DNA of 64,000 bases from Minisyncoccota bacterium. Lineage in GTDB: Bacteria > Patescibacteriota > Minisyncoccia > Phycocordibacterales > UBA918. Positions within the stretch are counted from its first letter, which is position 1. Each line of letters begins with the position of its first letter. The position numbers were made by a program, and so were the translations under genes. The stretch lies in the NCBI GenBank assembly GCA_041688155.1, contig JBDNIW010000012.1, positions 202 through 64,201 on the forward strand, in the 5' to 3' direction. Below the pieces are notes generated by a model. It saw only the letters and a program-made list of their open reading frames with translations, did no database searches and was not told the DNA's origin. This document shows, one piece after another, positions 46,444-57,748 of the stretch.

Positions 46444-47131
46444 ATCAGTTATCAGTGTGAAAAACGTGTCTAAAGCTGTCGCTGGTCGACAGCTTTTAGT
46501 CGATGTCAGTTTCGATGTGGCTGAACAGTCCCTCGTTTCTCTGATTGGCCCTAATGGAGCCGGGAAATCAACCTTGGTCAAGATAATTTTAGGTCTTGAT
46601 CCTCACTACGAGGGGTCAGTCGTGATTCGGACAGGAGAGCGGGTGCAGTATATTCCGCAGCTCACCATGAACGATCAGTATCAGTTACCGATGTCAGTGT
46701 ATGAGTATATATCCATTGCTACCAATCGACTCTACGGTGCAACTCGAAAGAAAGTTGACTTTAAAAAAACCTTAACCCACGTGGGGGTGGCGACTGAAAA
46801 ATTATACCAGTCCTATACCAGCCTATCAGGCGGGGAGCGTCAGCGAGTAGCAATCGCGCGAGCGCTGCTGGGTGATCCGACTATTCTTGTACTTGACGAA
46901 CCGTTGGCGGCTGTGGACTATGCATCACGCGCTGGTTTGTATGAGCTGATTCGTCATCTTCAGCAAGGTCACAAAATGACAGTATTGCTGGTGTCTCACG
47001 ACATCGATAGTGTTCTGCCACTAAGTGACCAAGTGCTCTGTTTGAACCAGTCACTCCACACCGACTGTCATCCGTCAGAGTTTACAACCAAGGATGGTCA
47101 GACCAATCAGACTATTCATCATCATTGTTAA
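46436..47131 (+). CDS. znuC: metal ABC transporter ATP-binding protein
   Basis: Walker A GPNGAGKST, signature LSGGERQR. Confidence 0.85.
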   Translation: MNKSVISVKNVSKAVAGRQLLVDVSFDVAEQSLVSLIGPNGAGKSTLVKIILGLDPHYEGSVVIRTGERVQYIPQLTMNDQYQLPMSVYEYISIATNRLYGATRKKVDFKKTLTHVGVATEKLYQSYTSLSGGERQRVAIARALLGDPTILVLDEPLAAVDYASRAGLYELIRHLQQGHKMTVLLVSHDIDSVLPLSDQVLCLNQSLHTDCHPSEFTTKDGQTNQTIHHHC

Positions 47132-47946
47132 GTATGGAATTACTCACCTACACATTCGTGCAGTACGCTTTCCTTGGGGGGATATCCATGGCTATGTTAG
47201 CGGGGATGCTCGGGCCCTTTGTCGTACAAAGTCGACAGTCAATTGCATCAGACATGTTTGCCCACGTTGCCTTGGCGGGTATTGGGGCCGCGTTGCTGGT
47301 TGGAGCGAGTCCTTGGTGGGGAGCCCTACCGGCACTGATTATCGTCAGTACCTTGATTTGGTGGCTGCTTGATTCTGGTACCTACAGTCCTGATGCGCTA
47401 GCGATGTTTTTCCTCAGTGGTGGTCTGGCTCTCGCACTGGCATTTGTACACCTTGCTCGGGACACAGTGTTTTCTTTTGAGAACTATCTGTTTGGAAGCA
47501 TCCTGACCCTTACCACCACGGACGTCTTGGCAATAGTTGTCTCGACCATACTGGTTGCAGGTATCGTCTGGTTTGCCTGGTATCCATTACTCGGGGCGAC
47601 TCAAAGTCCACGGTATTTCGTCCCATTCAGGCGAACACCTAAAGTAGTACAACTATTATTTTTCTGGTTGCTGGCGATTGTAGTGTGGGTAGGGATTAAA
47701 ACTGTTGGAGGGTTGTTGATTGGAGCGCTACTGGTAATCCCAGTCTTAGCCACCCGCAATTGGGCGACTTCGTTCAAGCAGTTAGTATTGCTTTCTACGT
47801 TTGCTTCAGTTCTCTCAGTATCCCTTGGTCTCATTACCGCACTCTACGTAGACCTGCCGCCAAGTAGTCTGATTATCGGTATGACAATTTTATTATTCAT
47901 ACTGCAATCGGTCGTACGGTTTATTATGCAAAAGAGGATTTTGTAG
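47125..47946 (+). CDS. znuB: metal ABC transporter permease
   Basis: 273 aa with 8 TM segments. Operon position supports it. Confidence 0.8.
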   Translation: MLSMELLTYTFVQYAFLGGISMAMLAGMLGPFVVQSRQSIASDMFAHVALAGIGAALLVGASPWWGALPALIIVSTLIWWLLDSGTYSPDALAMFFLSGGLALALAFVHLARDTVFSFENYLFGSILTLTTTDVLAIVVSTILVAGIVWFAWYPLLGATQSPRYFVPFRRTPKVVQLLFFWLLAIVVWVGIKTVGGLLIGALLVIPVLATRNWATSFKQLVLLSTFASVLSVSLGLITALYVDLPPSSLIIGMTILLFILQSVVRFIMQKRIL

Positions 47947-48167
47947 CTGGAAATAATACTGATGTAGTGATTTTATAAAATCATTTAGACAATCCAACCA
48001 AACAAAAGAATCACCGCTTTATTGTATGCAGTAAAGTGGTGATTCTTTTTTAGTATCCTTGCGCTAACACGAGATACTATGTTCATGTTTATATGAGGTA
48101 CAATTGATGATATGGCACTAGAAGCAACTCACATTCGCTACGCCCCCGATACCAAGACCGTTTTGGT

Positions 48168-48767
48168 GTGACTGACGAAACTAAATACATCTCTGGTTCT
48201 ATCTACCCTGATAGTCGATATCCTACTGGTATCGACCGTACTCTTACACACGATAACTCTCAGATGGAGAAAGAATTTTGGAGTGACGATGACTTCCGTA
48301 AGGGATGGGCAGCCCATTTGTTATATGACAAAATTCAACACTCAGTCCATACTGACTGGTTCAAAGATATTCTACAAGAAGCTAACTCAGAAATGGTAAA
48401 CGAAGAAGATTGGGTCATTCGTTCGGCTTTGAAGATGTTGCAAGATATTGATGACATCAAACACTTTGATATTAAGGCTCACCTGGCATCGTTGTCTCAT
48501 ATTGAAACACCCAATGGTGAGGACGTGGCCAAGGTACAAGAATACAACAAGCTTTTTGTGGACATTTATAACAAGTCGCCAGATGTTTCTATAGAAGACC
48601 TCGAACAAATGTGGATTGATTGGGGTGTTTTAGTTGAGGCTGCTGCAAAGATGCGCGAAAAGTCTTATGAGATACTAGCTGATGATGTATTAATGGAGAG
48701 AGTGCGAGGTATCTATGTTGAGACGATGAATCGCACTGATGAATTCTTTAATCGATACTGCCTATGA
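48168..48767 (+). CDS. hypothetical protein (199 aa)
   Basis: ORF only. Start is uncertain. Confidence 0.35.
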   Translation: MTDETKYISGSIYPDSRYPTGIDRTLTHDNSQMEKEFWSDDDFRKGWAAHLLYDKIQHSVHTDWFKDILQEANSEMVNEEDWVIRSALKMLQDIDDIKHFDIKAHLASLSHIETPNGEDVAKVQEYNKLFVDIYNKSPDVSIEDLEQMWIDWGVLVEAAAKMREKSYEILADDVLMERVRGIYVETMNRTDEFFNRYCL

Positions 48768-49375
48768 GTATCAAAGCTATCTGCTTCGACCTCGACGGCG
48801 TCTACTTTACTCCGCAGGGAAAGCAGTCTTTTCAGGTAGCACTAAGTGAAGAGTATGGTGCTGACCCAACTGTTGTCGATGAGATTATGTATCGCAGTGA
48901 TGCAATGCGTGACCTGGTTACAGGGAAAATACAACCAGCAGATTTTTTAAATTACTTAAGGTCAGAAACAGGTATTCTTGCTACTGACGAAGAACTAATT
49001 GCTCGCTGGATTCGTGACTACAAAATAGATGTAGATGTACAAAAAGCAGTTCGCTCAGCTAAGGAACAAGGATTTATTACCTGCGTTTGTACCAACAATA
49101 ATGCAGCCAGGTTACCAGCACTTGAAGCTACGTTTGGTTTCTATAGTGACTTTGATGCAGTGGTTTCATCTCACGAAGTAGGTCACACCAAGCCAAGTAA
49201 AGAAATCTTCGAAGCACTGCTTGAGAAAATAGGGGTACAAGCCAGTGAGTTAGTTTACTCAGACGATAATCCTAATCGCCTGCAGGGAGCAAAAGATCTC
49301 GGGATTATTGTTTTTGTGTACGAAGATTTTACCCAATTCCTGAGTGAACTAAAGGTGCTTGGAATCACATTATGA
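48764..49375 (+). CDS. HAD-superfamily hydrolase
   Basis: Motif I CFDLDGV. Confidence 0.7.
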   Translation: MSIKAICFDLDGVYFTPQGKQSFQVALSEEYGADPTVVDEIMYRSDAMRDLVTGKIQPADFLNYLRSETGILATDEELIARWIRDYKIDVDVQKAVRSAKEQGFITCVCTNNNAARLPALEATFGFYSDFDAVVSSHEVGHTKPSKEIFEALLEKIGVQASELVYSDDNPNRLQGAKDLGIIVFVYEDFTQFLSELKVLGITL

Positions 49376-49935
49376 AAAACTGCATCATCATCCATGGCGG
49401 ACCGCTCACCGATACTCCAGAAAATCCTCATACCTTACACACGCTTTACTGGCACCCTTGGACTGCGACTGAGTTAGATACATACAATATTAAAACTCAT
49501 ATCCCAGCCATGCCTAATCCATGGAATCCTAAATATGATGAATATAAGAAAGTAATGGATAACCTGCCTGTAACGGAAGATTCAGTATTGGTTGGACACA
49601 GTAGAGGGGTCGCTTTTCTGCTGCGCTGGTTAGGTGATACAAAGCAGACAGTACAAAAACTGATTATGGTCGCGCCAAATCTGCGCACTGACAGTGCTGA
49701 CCTCGAGCTGCAGAGTTTTTATGATTTTGATATCGATGCTTCGATAAAAGAATTGGCTACAGAGCGAGTAGTTTTTACATCTGAAAACGATGACCTAGAG
49801 AACATAGAAAGTGCAAAGCTGCTAGCCGATGTATTAGAATGCAAAGTAATCAACCTACCCCAGCACGGCCACTTTATTACACAAGAGATGGGTACGGCTG
49901 AGTTTCCAGAGTTAATCAAAGAGATCGTAGATTAA
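49372..49935 (+). CDS. alpha/beta-hydrolase (RBBP9/YdeN-like serine hydrolase)
   Basis: GHSRG nucleophile elbow. About 190 aa. Confidence 0.6.
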   Translation: MKNCIIIHGGPLTDTPENPHTLHTLYWHPWTATELDTYNIKTHIPAMPNPWNPKYDEYKKVMDNLPVTEDSVLVGHSRGVAFLLRWLGDTKQTVQKLIMVAPNLRTDSADLELQSFYDFDIDASIKELATERVVFTSENDDLENIESAKLLADVLECKVINLPQHGHFITQEMGTAEFPELIKEIVD

Positions 49936-50111
49936 ATTATGACCCTTGCAACATGGTAAAGCTTTGCCTAGGCCTTGACTAGGCACTTCGGCGCAATAAA
50001 TGGTGACCGAAATTCCCATACCCTCCGCAGCAATCAAACTTCGTCAGAAATCGGAATAGGATCACCCTACAGCTAAAGTATTGGGTGAGTAGGCGCCAAA
50101 TCAACGACCTA

Positions 50112-50822
50112 CTATCCTGGCAGTTCCTCGGCAACACGGGCCGACAGTAGTGAGACAACCCGCTGGAGTAATACTATAATCTGCCTCATGAGGGTTTCTC
50201 GCTCTGCATCTTCTAGTGTCACCTCGGTTGGTTGTGTGGTTGGTGGTGTAATCAGTGCTAGTAGATCTCGTGCTAGTTCAGAGTCGGGGGCAAACACTTG
50301 TATCACTTGTTGGTCGCTCAGCACATACACCGCTGCCGCGCCCTCTGCTGCCGGCTCGCCCGAGCATAAATAATTCCAGGTCTCATTGAAGGCAAACGAC
50401 ACGGTATCAGTTGCACCTAGTTCACCTTTGTACAAGGTGTTGGTCGTGATTGTCTGATCATGTTCGTCACCTACCGTCTCGATTGCGCCAGCGGTAATGA
50501 GCGCCACGGTGTAATCGTCTTGCGTTGCGTACTGTTCAAGTAGCTCGGCTGGATTCATACAACTCAGCGCAGCAGCAGGGCGGGGCAGGGCAATTATAGT
50601 AACTAGGATTAGTAACAAACTTGCTCCTATCAGGGCGGTGCTGCGGGTGTACGTGGTTGATGGCATAGCAGTAAATGATATCACAGCTAACGTCAGCGAG
50701 CCTGCTCGCTCAGCATCAGCACACTGATGAAGCAGTTCATGCAAGACGGTGGGCGCTTGGGATAATTTGCCTCTTAACTCCAGAGGCCGGTCCTCTAACA
50801 AATACAATAATTTGCAGTTCAT
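50112..50822 (-). CDS. hypothetical exported/membrane-anchored protein
   Basis: One TM helix. No family recognised. Confidence 0.35.
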   Translation of the reverse strand: MNCKLLYLLEDRPLELRGKLSQAPTVLHELLHQCADAERAGSLTLAVISFTAMPSTTYTRSTALIGASLLLILVTIIALPRPAAALSCMNPAELLEQYATQDDYTVALITAGAIETVGDEHDQTITTNTLYKGELGATDTVSFAFNETWNYLCSGEPAAEGAAAVYVLSDQQVIQVFAPDSELARDLLALITPPTTQPTEVTLEDAERETLMRQIIVLLQRVVSLLSARVAEELPG

Positions 50823-50918
50823 CTTCGTCTAGGTCAGGCTAAGGCACTCCTCTTAGTAGAAAAAGCAGTGGTGCTCAGTGCTTTTTTAAATATTCTTGTG
50901 CTAGAATAGCCTGTTTTT

Positions 50919-52241
50919 ATGACCCTGTATCTGAATCCGCAAAAGACTTTTTATTACTTGCTTGGCAATAACCTAGTAGCTGATACGACCAACTATTTTG
51001 TTTGGTTTGCACTCACTTTTTGGGTTTTTATTGAGACCAACTCTGTGCTGGCTACTTCGTTTATTGCCGGTATTTTTGCGGTGGCTAATATGCTGGGGGC
51101 TATTTTGTTTGGTACGTTCGTCGACCACAATAAAAAGAAGACAGCGATGCTGTACTCGAGCGTGATTAGTTTTATTGCTTTTTTTCTAGGGACGGTCTTT
51201 TACTTCAGTGTTCCTGAAGCCACGTTTAGTGACCCGACAAGCGTTTTACTTTGGGTATTGGTGACCATATTAATGGTGGGTACTGTCGCTGGTAATTTGC
51301 GCACCATCGCGCTGGCAACTACAGTGACCATGTTGTTTACCAAAAACCGTGACAAAATCAACGGTCTAGTGGGAATGTCTAAAGGCGTCAGCTTTTCACT
51401 CACCTCTGTTTTGAGTGGGGTGACCATTGGATTTTTTGGTATGGACGTTGCTCTAGTGGCTGCGTGTACCGCTACTTTAGTGGTTTTTGTCCATCTGATT
51501 TTTATCTCGCTTCCAGAACCGGAAATTGTCCATACAAAAGACACTCCCAGAACGATGGATGTCAGGCGGACTATGGCCATAGTGGTCGCTGTCCCTGGGT
51601 TGCTGGGTCTAATTTTTTTCAACACGTTTAACAACTTTCTTGGTGGTGTCTTCCTGGCGTTAATGGATCCTTATGGTCTGTCTTTAGTATCAGTAGAGAC
51701 TTGGGGGTTCATGTGGGGAGTGGGCAGTCTAGCGATTATATTTAGTAGTGCGCTAGTGGTTAAGTTTGGCCTTGGTAGTCAACCGGTCCGCCTCATTCTT
51801 TTGCTTAACGTTGTCTCCTGGGTTAGTTGTATTATCTTCCCCCTGCAGCCATCAATTATCCTGCTCTTTTTTGGAATGGTGATGTGGATGCTTATCTTTC
51901 CGATCGTAGAGGCGGCTGAGCAAACCGTTATTCAAAACGTTGTACCGTTTGAACGTCAGGGTAGAGTCTTTGGGTTTGCTTCTAGTATTGAAGCAGCCGC
52001 GAGTCCAGTAGTTGTGTTTATGGTCGGTCCGTTAGCCCATTTTTTCTTTATTCCGTTTATGACTACTGGAGCTGGTGTCGCTCTCATCGGTAGTTGGTTT
52101 GGGACGGGAATGGATAGAGGGATTGCTCTGGTGTTTATCATGGCGGGTGTTATTGGTCTCACCGTGACTCTGCTGGCGTTTGCGACTAAATCATACCGCT
52201 TATTAGCACAGTATTACACCGATAACCAGATAGACAAGTAA
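50919..52241 (+). CDS. MFS transporter
   Basis: 12-TM topology, 440 aa. Confidence 0.7.
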   Translation: MTLYLNPQKTFYYLLGNNLVADTTNYFVWFALTFWVFIETNSVLATSFIAGIFAVANMLGAILFGTFVDHNKKKTAMLYSSVISFIAFFLGTVFYFSVPEATFSDPTSVLLWVLVTILMVGTVAGNLRTIALATTVTMLFTKNRDKINGLVGMSKGVSFSLTSVLSGVTIGFFGMDVALVAACTATLVVFVHLIFISLPEPEIVHTKDTPRTMDVRRTMAIVVAVPGLLGLIFFNTFNNFLGGVFLALMDPYGLSLVSVETWGFMWGVGSLAIIFSSALVVKFGLGSQPVRLILLLNVVSWVSCIIFPLQPSIILLFFGMVMWMLIFPIVEAAEQTVIQNVVPFERQGRVFGFASSIEAAASPVVVFMVGPLAHFFFIPFMTTGAGVALIGSWFGTGMDRGIALVFIMAGVIGLTVTLLAFATKSYRLLAQYYTDNQIDK

Positions 52242-52336
52242 TCTGTGTCCAGCAAAGAATCAGTCAAAAAATATCGCCTAGCTGGGGGTTGATCAACCCA
52301 GTTACACGAACCGACACGTTTGGTATAATAGAAAGT

Positions 52337-53257
52337 ATGAAAAGTGAAACGGAAATTGCTGCGCTGGCTACAGAAGCTTTGGGTTTAGAGAATCTGTCTG
52401 TTTCGCTCCTGGCAGAAGGGTTTGGTAACCGCAATTATCTCATCGAAACAGGTAACAAAAAATTTGTCTTTAGATTAAAGAAAAGTATGGAATCTCAGTT
52501 TTCTGACTCTCTGGAAAAAGAGTATGTGTTCCTAAAGTACTTTGAGTCTCAAGGGATAGATTTCTGCCCCAAAGCGCTAGCACTTAATAAAAAAGAAAAC
52601 TTTTTAATCGAAAGTTATCTAGCGGGGGATGAGGTAACCCAAGCAGATTTTACTGATGGGCAGATTGATGAACTTGCTAGAAACTTGCAGCAACTATTTC
52701 ATCTGGACGTGGCAGCGTTTGCTGATTTTTGTGAACAAAATGGGTACAAAAAATTTACCTACCTTGACCCTGTAGCTTCTCTTAAAACATATGGTTTTGA
52801 TAGATATGAACAAGCAAAGCAAGGTGATCTTCCGGTAGAGGTGATGGCCTGGTTTGAAGAATCACTGGCTCAGAATTTAGAGCATATGACGAGTTTTGTG
52901 GGTGGTACTGAACTAGGTTTTTCGTGGGGAGATATTCAGTCAGAGGTTATTGTGGACAATGCCGGCAAGATGCATTTGTATGATTTTGAACACGTGAGTA
53001 TTTCCAACTCTTTTGGTCTGTCATACATAAAAATCCACGGCACCTTTAGCCCAAGTCAGTTGGACTACTTGGTAGGCAGATGTGCCCATCACTTCGGGCG
53101 CAACAAAGATGAGTTACTGCTCGATATTATTGCTCACGAAAAAGTAGTGAGAACAAATGATGCGGTCTGGGCGGCAATGAAGTGGACTGTCACAAAAGAT
53201 AGAAGTTTTGAATCCCAAATGTACGAAAGAATCGAGCTGGTTAAAAAACTAGATTAG
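52337..53257 (+). CDS. aminoglycoside/choline-kinase-like phosphotransferase family protein
   Basis: Protein-kinase-like fold cues (...HLYDFEHVSI... resembles the HxDxxxxN/D region). Confidence 0.45.
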   Translation: MKSETEIAALATEALGLENLSVSLLAEGFGNRNYLIETGNKKFVFRLKKSMESQFSDSLEKEYVFLKYFESQGIDFCPKALALNKKENFLIESYLAGDEVTQADFTDGQIDELARNLQQLFHLDVAAFADFCEQNGYKKFTYLDPVASLKTYGFDRYEQAKQGDLPVEVMAWFEESLAQNLEHMTSFVGGTELGFSWGDIQSEVIVDNAGKMHLYDFEHVSISNSFGLSYIKIHGTFSPSQLDYLVGRCAHHFGRNKDELLLDIIAHEKVVRTNDAVWAAMKWTVTKDRSFESQMYERIELVKKLD

Positions 53258-53419
53258 TAGCCTTAGAAGGTTGGTCTCTAGAGTTGTCTGGAGAGTACGG
53301 TGTATTCTATGTAACGTGAACTCACCGTCACTGCTGCCAAAATGTTTGTGACGGTTACTGGTAGAGAACATTTATCGAGGTTCGCAGTGGTCAAAACACC
53401 ATCTGTAAAACTATTGTCT

Positions 53420-54064
53420 ATGAAATATACGAAATACATCATCGGCGTGCTACTAACAGTAGCGTTGTTTGTCGCTCTGGCGCAGTGGTCGCAGCAGCAT
53501 GTAGCGCTGCTACAAGAGTTGAGCAGCCAGGCTGGGTTTGTTGGTGTATTTTCCTACATCACCATTATGGCAGCGTCTATCGTGTTTGCGCCATTAGGGA
53601 CGGCGTTCCTGCTGCCGGTGGCGGCGACGAGTTATGGTCCGTTCCTAGCTGCGATCTACAGTATTGTGGGTTGGACGCTAGGTTCGGTGGGGGCGTTTTG
53701 GATTGCTCGTCACTTTGGGTTCAAGAAATTTAAAGAGACTCCGGTTATGCGACGGATTCAATCGTATGAAGCGTCGGTGCCTAAACTACAGTTTTATGGA
53801 TTGATTGTGTTGTTCAGGGTTGCCCTACCAGTTGATGGAGTGAGCTACGCTCTGGGGCTTGTCAGTACGATTAGTTATCCAGCGTTTATCGTGACCACTG
53901 TCCTTGGTATCACGCCGCTGGCGTTTGTGTTTACGTTTGCAAGTACTTTGTCAGCCACAATTCAGATTGCTGTTGGTGTGTTTGCGACGGGGTTATTTCT
54001 TGCCGCATCGTACGTTGCGTACCGAGGATATAAAAATAATCCTGGCCCAAAAGATATCCAATAG
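53420..54064 (+). CDS. TVP38/TMEM64 (DedA-related) family membrane protein
   Basis: Polytopic membrane protein with the characteristic G...PxxP...Y..G pattern. Confidence 0.5.
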   Translation: MKYTKYIIGVLLTVALFVALAQWSQQHVALLQELSSQAGFVGVFSYITIMAASIVFAPLGTAFLLPVAATSYGPFLAAIYSIVGWTLGSVGAFWIARHFGFKKFKETPVMRRIQSYEASVPKLQFYGLIVLFRVALPVDGVSYALGLVSTISYPAFIVTTVLGITPLAFVFTFASTLSATIQIAVGVFATGLFLAASYVAYRGYKNNPGPKDIQ

Positions 54065-54257
54065 GTTGTACCATAATAAGCCGCTGCTCATGCAATGACC
54101 GTCCGGTCGCAACCTGCGCAGTAGTGCATGGACGAGCTGTTGGCCGGACCTCTGACCCTACTGTCGCTCAATACGCACAAACACGTGCATTCCAGGGTTC
54201 TAGTTGCGCTTCCCGGCAATGAGCATATAGTTACTGGTATAAGGACGGTGAAAAATT

Positions 54258-55979
54258 ATGCAGCCTACTCAACCAAACTCAATCTTCCGTCTGCTCACGC
54301 AATACAAATCGCTCATTGCCGGGGTGCTGGTACTTGGGGTCATCGCTAACGGTCTCACACTGGTTATCCCAACCATCATCGCTGATGCCATCGACACGTT
54401 TCGGGCGGGAAATTTTGCGCTGGAATCATTTGCGCTGACATTTTTCTTATTTGCGCTCGCCATTTTGGTGTTCTCGTACCTGCAGGGCATCGTGCAGACC
54501 TACGCGTCAGAATACGTCGCCAAAGATATCCGGGCGCAGCTCGTGGGGAAAATAGCGCAGCAGGACTTTGGGTTTGTAGAGACCTACAAGCCGAGTACGC
54601 TTCTGACTAATATCACCTCAGACATTGACTCAATCAAAACGTTTGTGGCGCAAGTGGTAGCGACTCTCGTATCGTCGCTGGTGCTGATTGTGGGTGCCAC
54701 AGTTATTTTATTTACTATCAACATCAAGCTCGCTGCGGCGGTACTGACGATTGTGCCGATTATCGGGATTGCTTTTTTCTTAGTGTTTCGCTTACTGCGA
54801 CCACTGTTTACCGCTAGCCGCGAAATCATCGACACTCTCAACGGCGTGATTAGTGAAACTATCATTGGCGCTGCACTCATTCGCACTCTCAACTCGGTGT
54901 TGCCGGAGCACGATAAATTTGCGGTGGCAAACGAACGCTCCAAAGACATCGGGCTCAGGATCCTGGGTCTTTTTTCTATTCTCGTGCCACTGATTACGCT
55001 GGTGGCGAGTATCGCGACGCTAATCGTGGTGGTACTGGGTGGGTACTATGTGATTTTGGGAGAGATGACTCTCGGCTCGTTTGTGGCGTTCAACAGTTAC
55101 ATTGGCATTCTCATTTTTCCGATTATCACGATCGGGTTTGTGAGCACGATTATTGCCCAAGCGAGCGCATCCTACGAGCGGGTCTACGTAGTGTTGTCGG
55201 CACCTGACGTTATAGCGGCTGGCACACATGTGACGACCCTAACCGGTGCGATTACGGCGACTGATATCGCACTGGCGTTTGACGGTAAACCAGCTCTGGC
55301 GGCGGTGTCGCTTAAGATACAGGCTGGATCAAAAACTGCCATCATTGGCCCCACTGGCGCCGGCAAAACCCAGCTGCTCAATATCTTGACCGGGCTGACC
55401 CAGCCGGATAGCGGGCAAGTAACGTACGACGACGTGTCCCTACGTGATGTGGCGCCGGACAGTTTCTTTCCGCAAATCGCCATCGTCTTTCAAGACAGTA
55501 GTGTGTTTAACACGAGTGTGCGGGAGAATATAGTGTTCAAGACTGACGTGGCCGACGCCCCGCTCCAGCTCGCGATAGACACGGCTGAGCTGGGTGAGTT
55601 TATCAACCAGCTACCGCACGGGCTTGATACCATCATTTCTGAGCGAGGGAGCTCTCTCTCCGGTGGGCAAAAGCAGCGCTTGATGCTCGCCCGAGCGCTG
55701 GTACAAAACCCGACCATTTTATTTCTCGATGACTTCACGGCGCGCGTTGACCCTAAAACCGAGCAATCAATTCTCGCGAACATTGCACTCCATTATCCTG
55801 ACCTCACCCTCATCTCAATCACCCAAAAAATCAGCCCCATTACCGCCTACGACCAGATTCTCCTACTAATGCAGGGTGAATTGATTGCGGCGGGCACCCA
55901 CCGTGAGCTGCTTGCTACGTCACCCGAGTACGTGCAGATTTATAACTCGCAGCGTTCAACCAGTACGTATGAACTATAA
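54258..55979 (+). CDS. ABC exporter, fused TMD-NBD (subunit A of a heterodimer)
   Basis: 6 TM segments plus an NBD. Walker A GPTGAGKT, signature LSGGQKQR. Confidence 0.85.
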   Translation: MQPTQPNSIFRLLTQYKSLIAGVLVLGVIANGLTLVIPTIIADAIDTFRAGNFALESFALTFFLFALAILVFSYLQGIVQTYASEYVAKDIRAQLVGKIAQQDFGFVETYKPSTLLTNITSDIDSIKTFVAQVVATLVSSLVLIVGATVILFTINIKLAAAVLTIVPIIGIAFFLVFRLLRPLFTASREIIDTLNGVISETIIGAALIRTLNSVLPEHDKFAVANERSKDIGLRILGLFSILVPLITLVASIATLIVVVLGGYYVILGEMTLGSFVAFNSYIGILIFPIITIGFVSTIIAQASASYERVYVVLSAPDVIAAGTHVTTLTGAITATDIALAFDGKPALAAVSLKIQAGSKTAIIGPTGAGKTQLLNILTGLTQPDSGQVTYDDVSLRDVAPDSFFPQIAIVFQDSSVFNTSVRENIVFKTDVADAPLQLAIDTAELGEFINQLPHGLDTIISERGSSLSGGQKQRLMLARALVQNPTILFLDDFTARVDPKTEQSILANIALHYPDLTLISITQKISPITAYDQILLLMQGELIAAGTHRELLATSPEYVQIYNSQRSTSTYEL

Positions 55980-57738
55980 ACTCGGGTCAACTGAAGATCA
56001 GCCAGTGGTTTCTACCTGGACAGCGCTCAAGTCACTGTTGCGCTTTCTGGTTGATGAGAAACGGGTATTGCTGTACACCGGCGGCATCTCACTTATCAAC
56101 GCGGCCGCGACACTCGTGGCGCCACTTATTATTGCCTATATCATCGACACCTATATCGTGACGGCAGAATTCTCCGGGGTACTGACCTACGGCGCTATCT
56201 TACTAGGGTTGTATCTAGTGGCAGCGATTACGAGTTACCTGCAAACCAGGCTGATGGGTGGCGTGGGGCAGCGCGTGTTGTTTACGCTTCGCAGTGGGCT
56301 GTTTGGTAAATTGCTCGAGCTACCCGTTGCGTTTTTTGACGCCAACAAAACCGGCGACCTTATCTCGCGCATCAACAACGACACCGACAAACTCAACCAG
56401 TTTTTCTCACGCACCTTGGTCAGCTTCTTTATGAGTGCGGTGGTGATGGTCGGAGCTGCGGGGTTTATGTTGGTGCTCAATTTCAAGCTCGGCGTGGCCG
56501 CCTTACTGCCAGCCCTGCTCTTGATTGGGTTCACCCAAGTGGTTGCCCGCGTCATCAAACGAGCCAATAAAAACGCCGCGCAGGCCACTGGGGATCTCTC
56601 CGGTGAAATCGCAGAAAGTATCGCCAACTTTAAAGTCATCGTTGCGTTCAACCAGCGCCAATTTTTTACTGATAATTTTGCTCGCGCTAATCAAACCAAC
56701 TATCAAAAGGCCATCACGGCTGGGATTGCAAACGAGACGTTTGAACCAGTATTCTCGTTTGCAGCCTACGGGGCTCAGTTGCTCGTGCTGGCCTATGGGG
56801 TGTTCCTGATTACTGCTGGTGAACTGACCATTGGTCTCTTGATTGGGTTTTTGGTGTACGTGAGTAGTTTTTACGACCCCCTGCGGCAGATCGCTGGTCT
56901 GTGGGCTAACCTCCAAGTCGCGCTGGCCAGCTGGGATCGTATCTCGGTTATTCTACGGATGAAAAATACCATGCAGTATCTGACGCCAGGCGCGCAGCCA
57001 GAGGAAAGCTCCGTTGTGCCGCCCGTCATTACCTTTGAAGCGGTATCGTTTGCATACGTGGCGGACAGACCAGTGCTGTCCGACATCAATCTGTCGCTCG
57101 CAGCCGGCAAAACCTACGCGCTGGTTGGCCCCACCGGCGGGGGTAAGACCACCACCGCCGTGCTGATGGCGCGTCTGTATGACCCAACAACAGGGACAGT
57201 TTTGCTCAACGGCCAAGACATCCGTAGTTACACCGATGAACAGCGGACCCAGAAAATAAGTTTTATCCTGCAAGAACCAATCCTGTTCTCTGGCACTATC
57301 CGCGACAACCTGCTCTACGGCAACGCCGACCTGGTCGACTGCAGTGATCAGGAGTTAGGGGCGGTGATAACAGAGCGCGGGTTGCTGCCACTGTTGGAGC
57401 GATTTGAAGGCGGCCTTGGTACCAAAGTTGAGAACGCGGGTAGTGGTATTTCGCTCGGACAAAAGCAACTCATTGCCTTTATGCGCAGCATTTTGCGGCA
57501 GCCTGACCTACTGATCCTGGACGAGGCCACCGCCAACATAGATACCGTCACCGAGCAAATCCTCGAAAAAGTCCTAACGCAGCTGCCAAAAACCACCACC
57601 AAAGTCATCATCGCCCATCGGCTCAACACCATCGAAAACGCCGACGAGATTTACTTCGTCAACGCTGGTAGCATCAAGCACGCTGGCTCCATGGAGCAAG
57701 CCCTTAAAATGCTCGCGGCCGGGGTGCGGGGGAGTTAA
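55969..57738 (+). CDS. ABC exporter, fused TMD-NBD (subunit B)
   Basis: Overlaps subunit A by 11 nt. Walker A GPTGGGKTT, signature ISLGQKQL. Confidence 0.85.
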   Translation: MNYKLGSTEDQPVVSTWTALKSLLRFLVDEKRVLLYTGGISLINAAATLVAPLIIAYIIDTYIVTAEFSGVLTYGAILLGLYLVAAITSYLQTRLMGGVGQRVLFTLRSGLFGKLLELPVAFFDANKTGDLISRINNDTDKLNQFFSRTLVSFFMSAVVMVGAAGFMLVLNFKLGVAALLPALLLIGFTQVVARVIKRANKNAAQATGDLSGEIAESIANFKVIVAFNQRQFFTDNFARANQTNYQKAITAGIANETFEPVFSFAAYGAQLLVLAYGVFLITAGELTIGLLIGFLVYVSSFYDPLRQIAGLWANLQVALASWDRISVILRMKNTMQYLTPGAQPEESSVVPPVITFEAVSFAYVADRPVLSDINLSLAAGKTYALVGPTGGGKTTTAVLMARLYDPTTGTVLLNGQDIRSYTDEQRTQKISFILQEPILFSGTIRDNLLYGNADLVDCSDQELGAVITERGLLPLLERFEGGLGTKVENAGSGISLGQKQLIAFMRSILRQPDLLILDEATANIDTVTEQILEKVLTQLPKTTTKVIIAHRLNTIENADEIYFVNAGSIKHAGSMEQALKMLAAGVRGS

Positions 57739-57748
57739 GATTACATAC

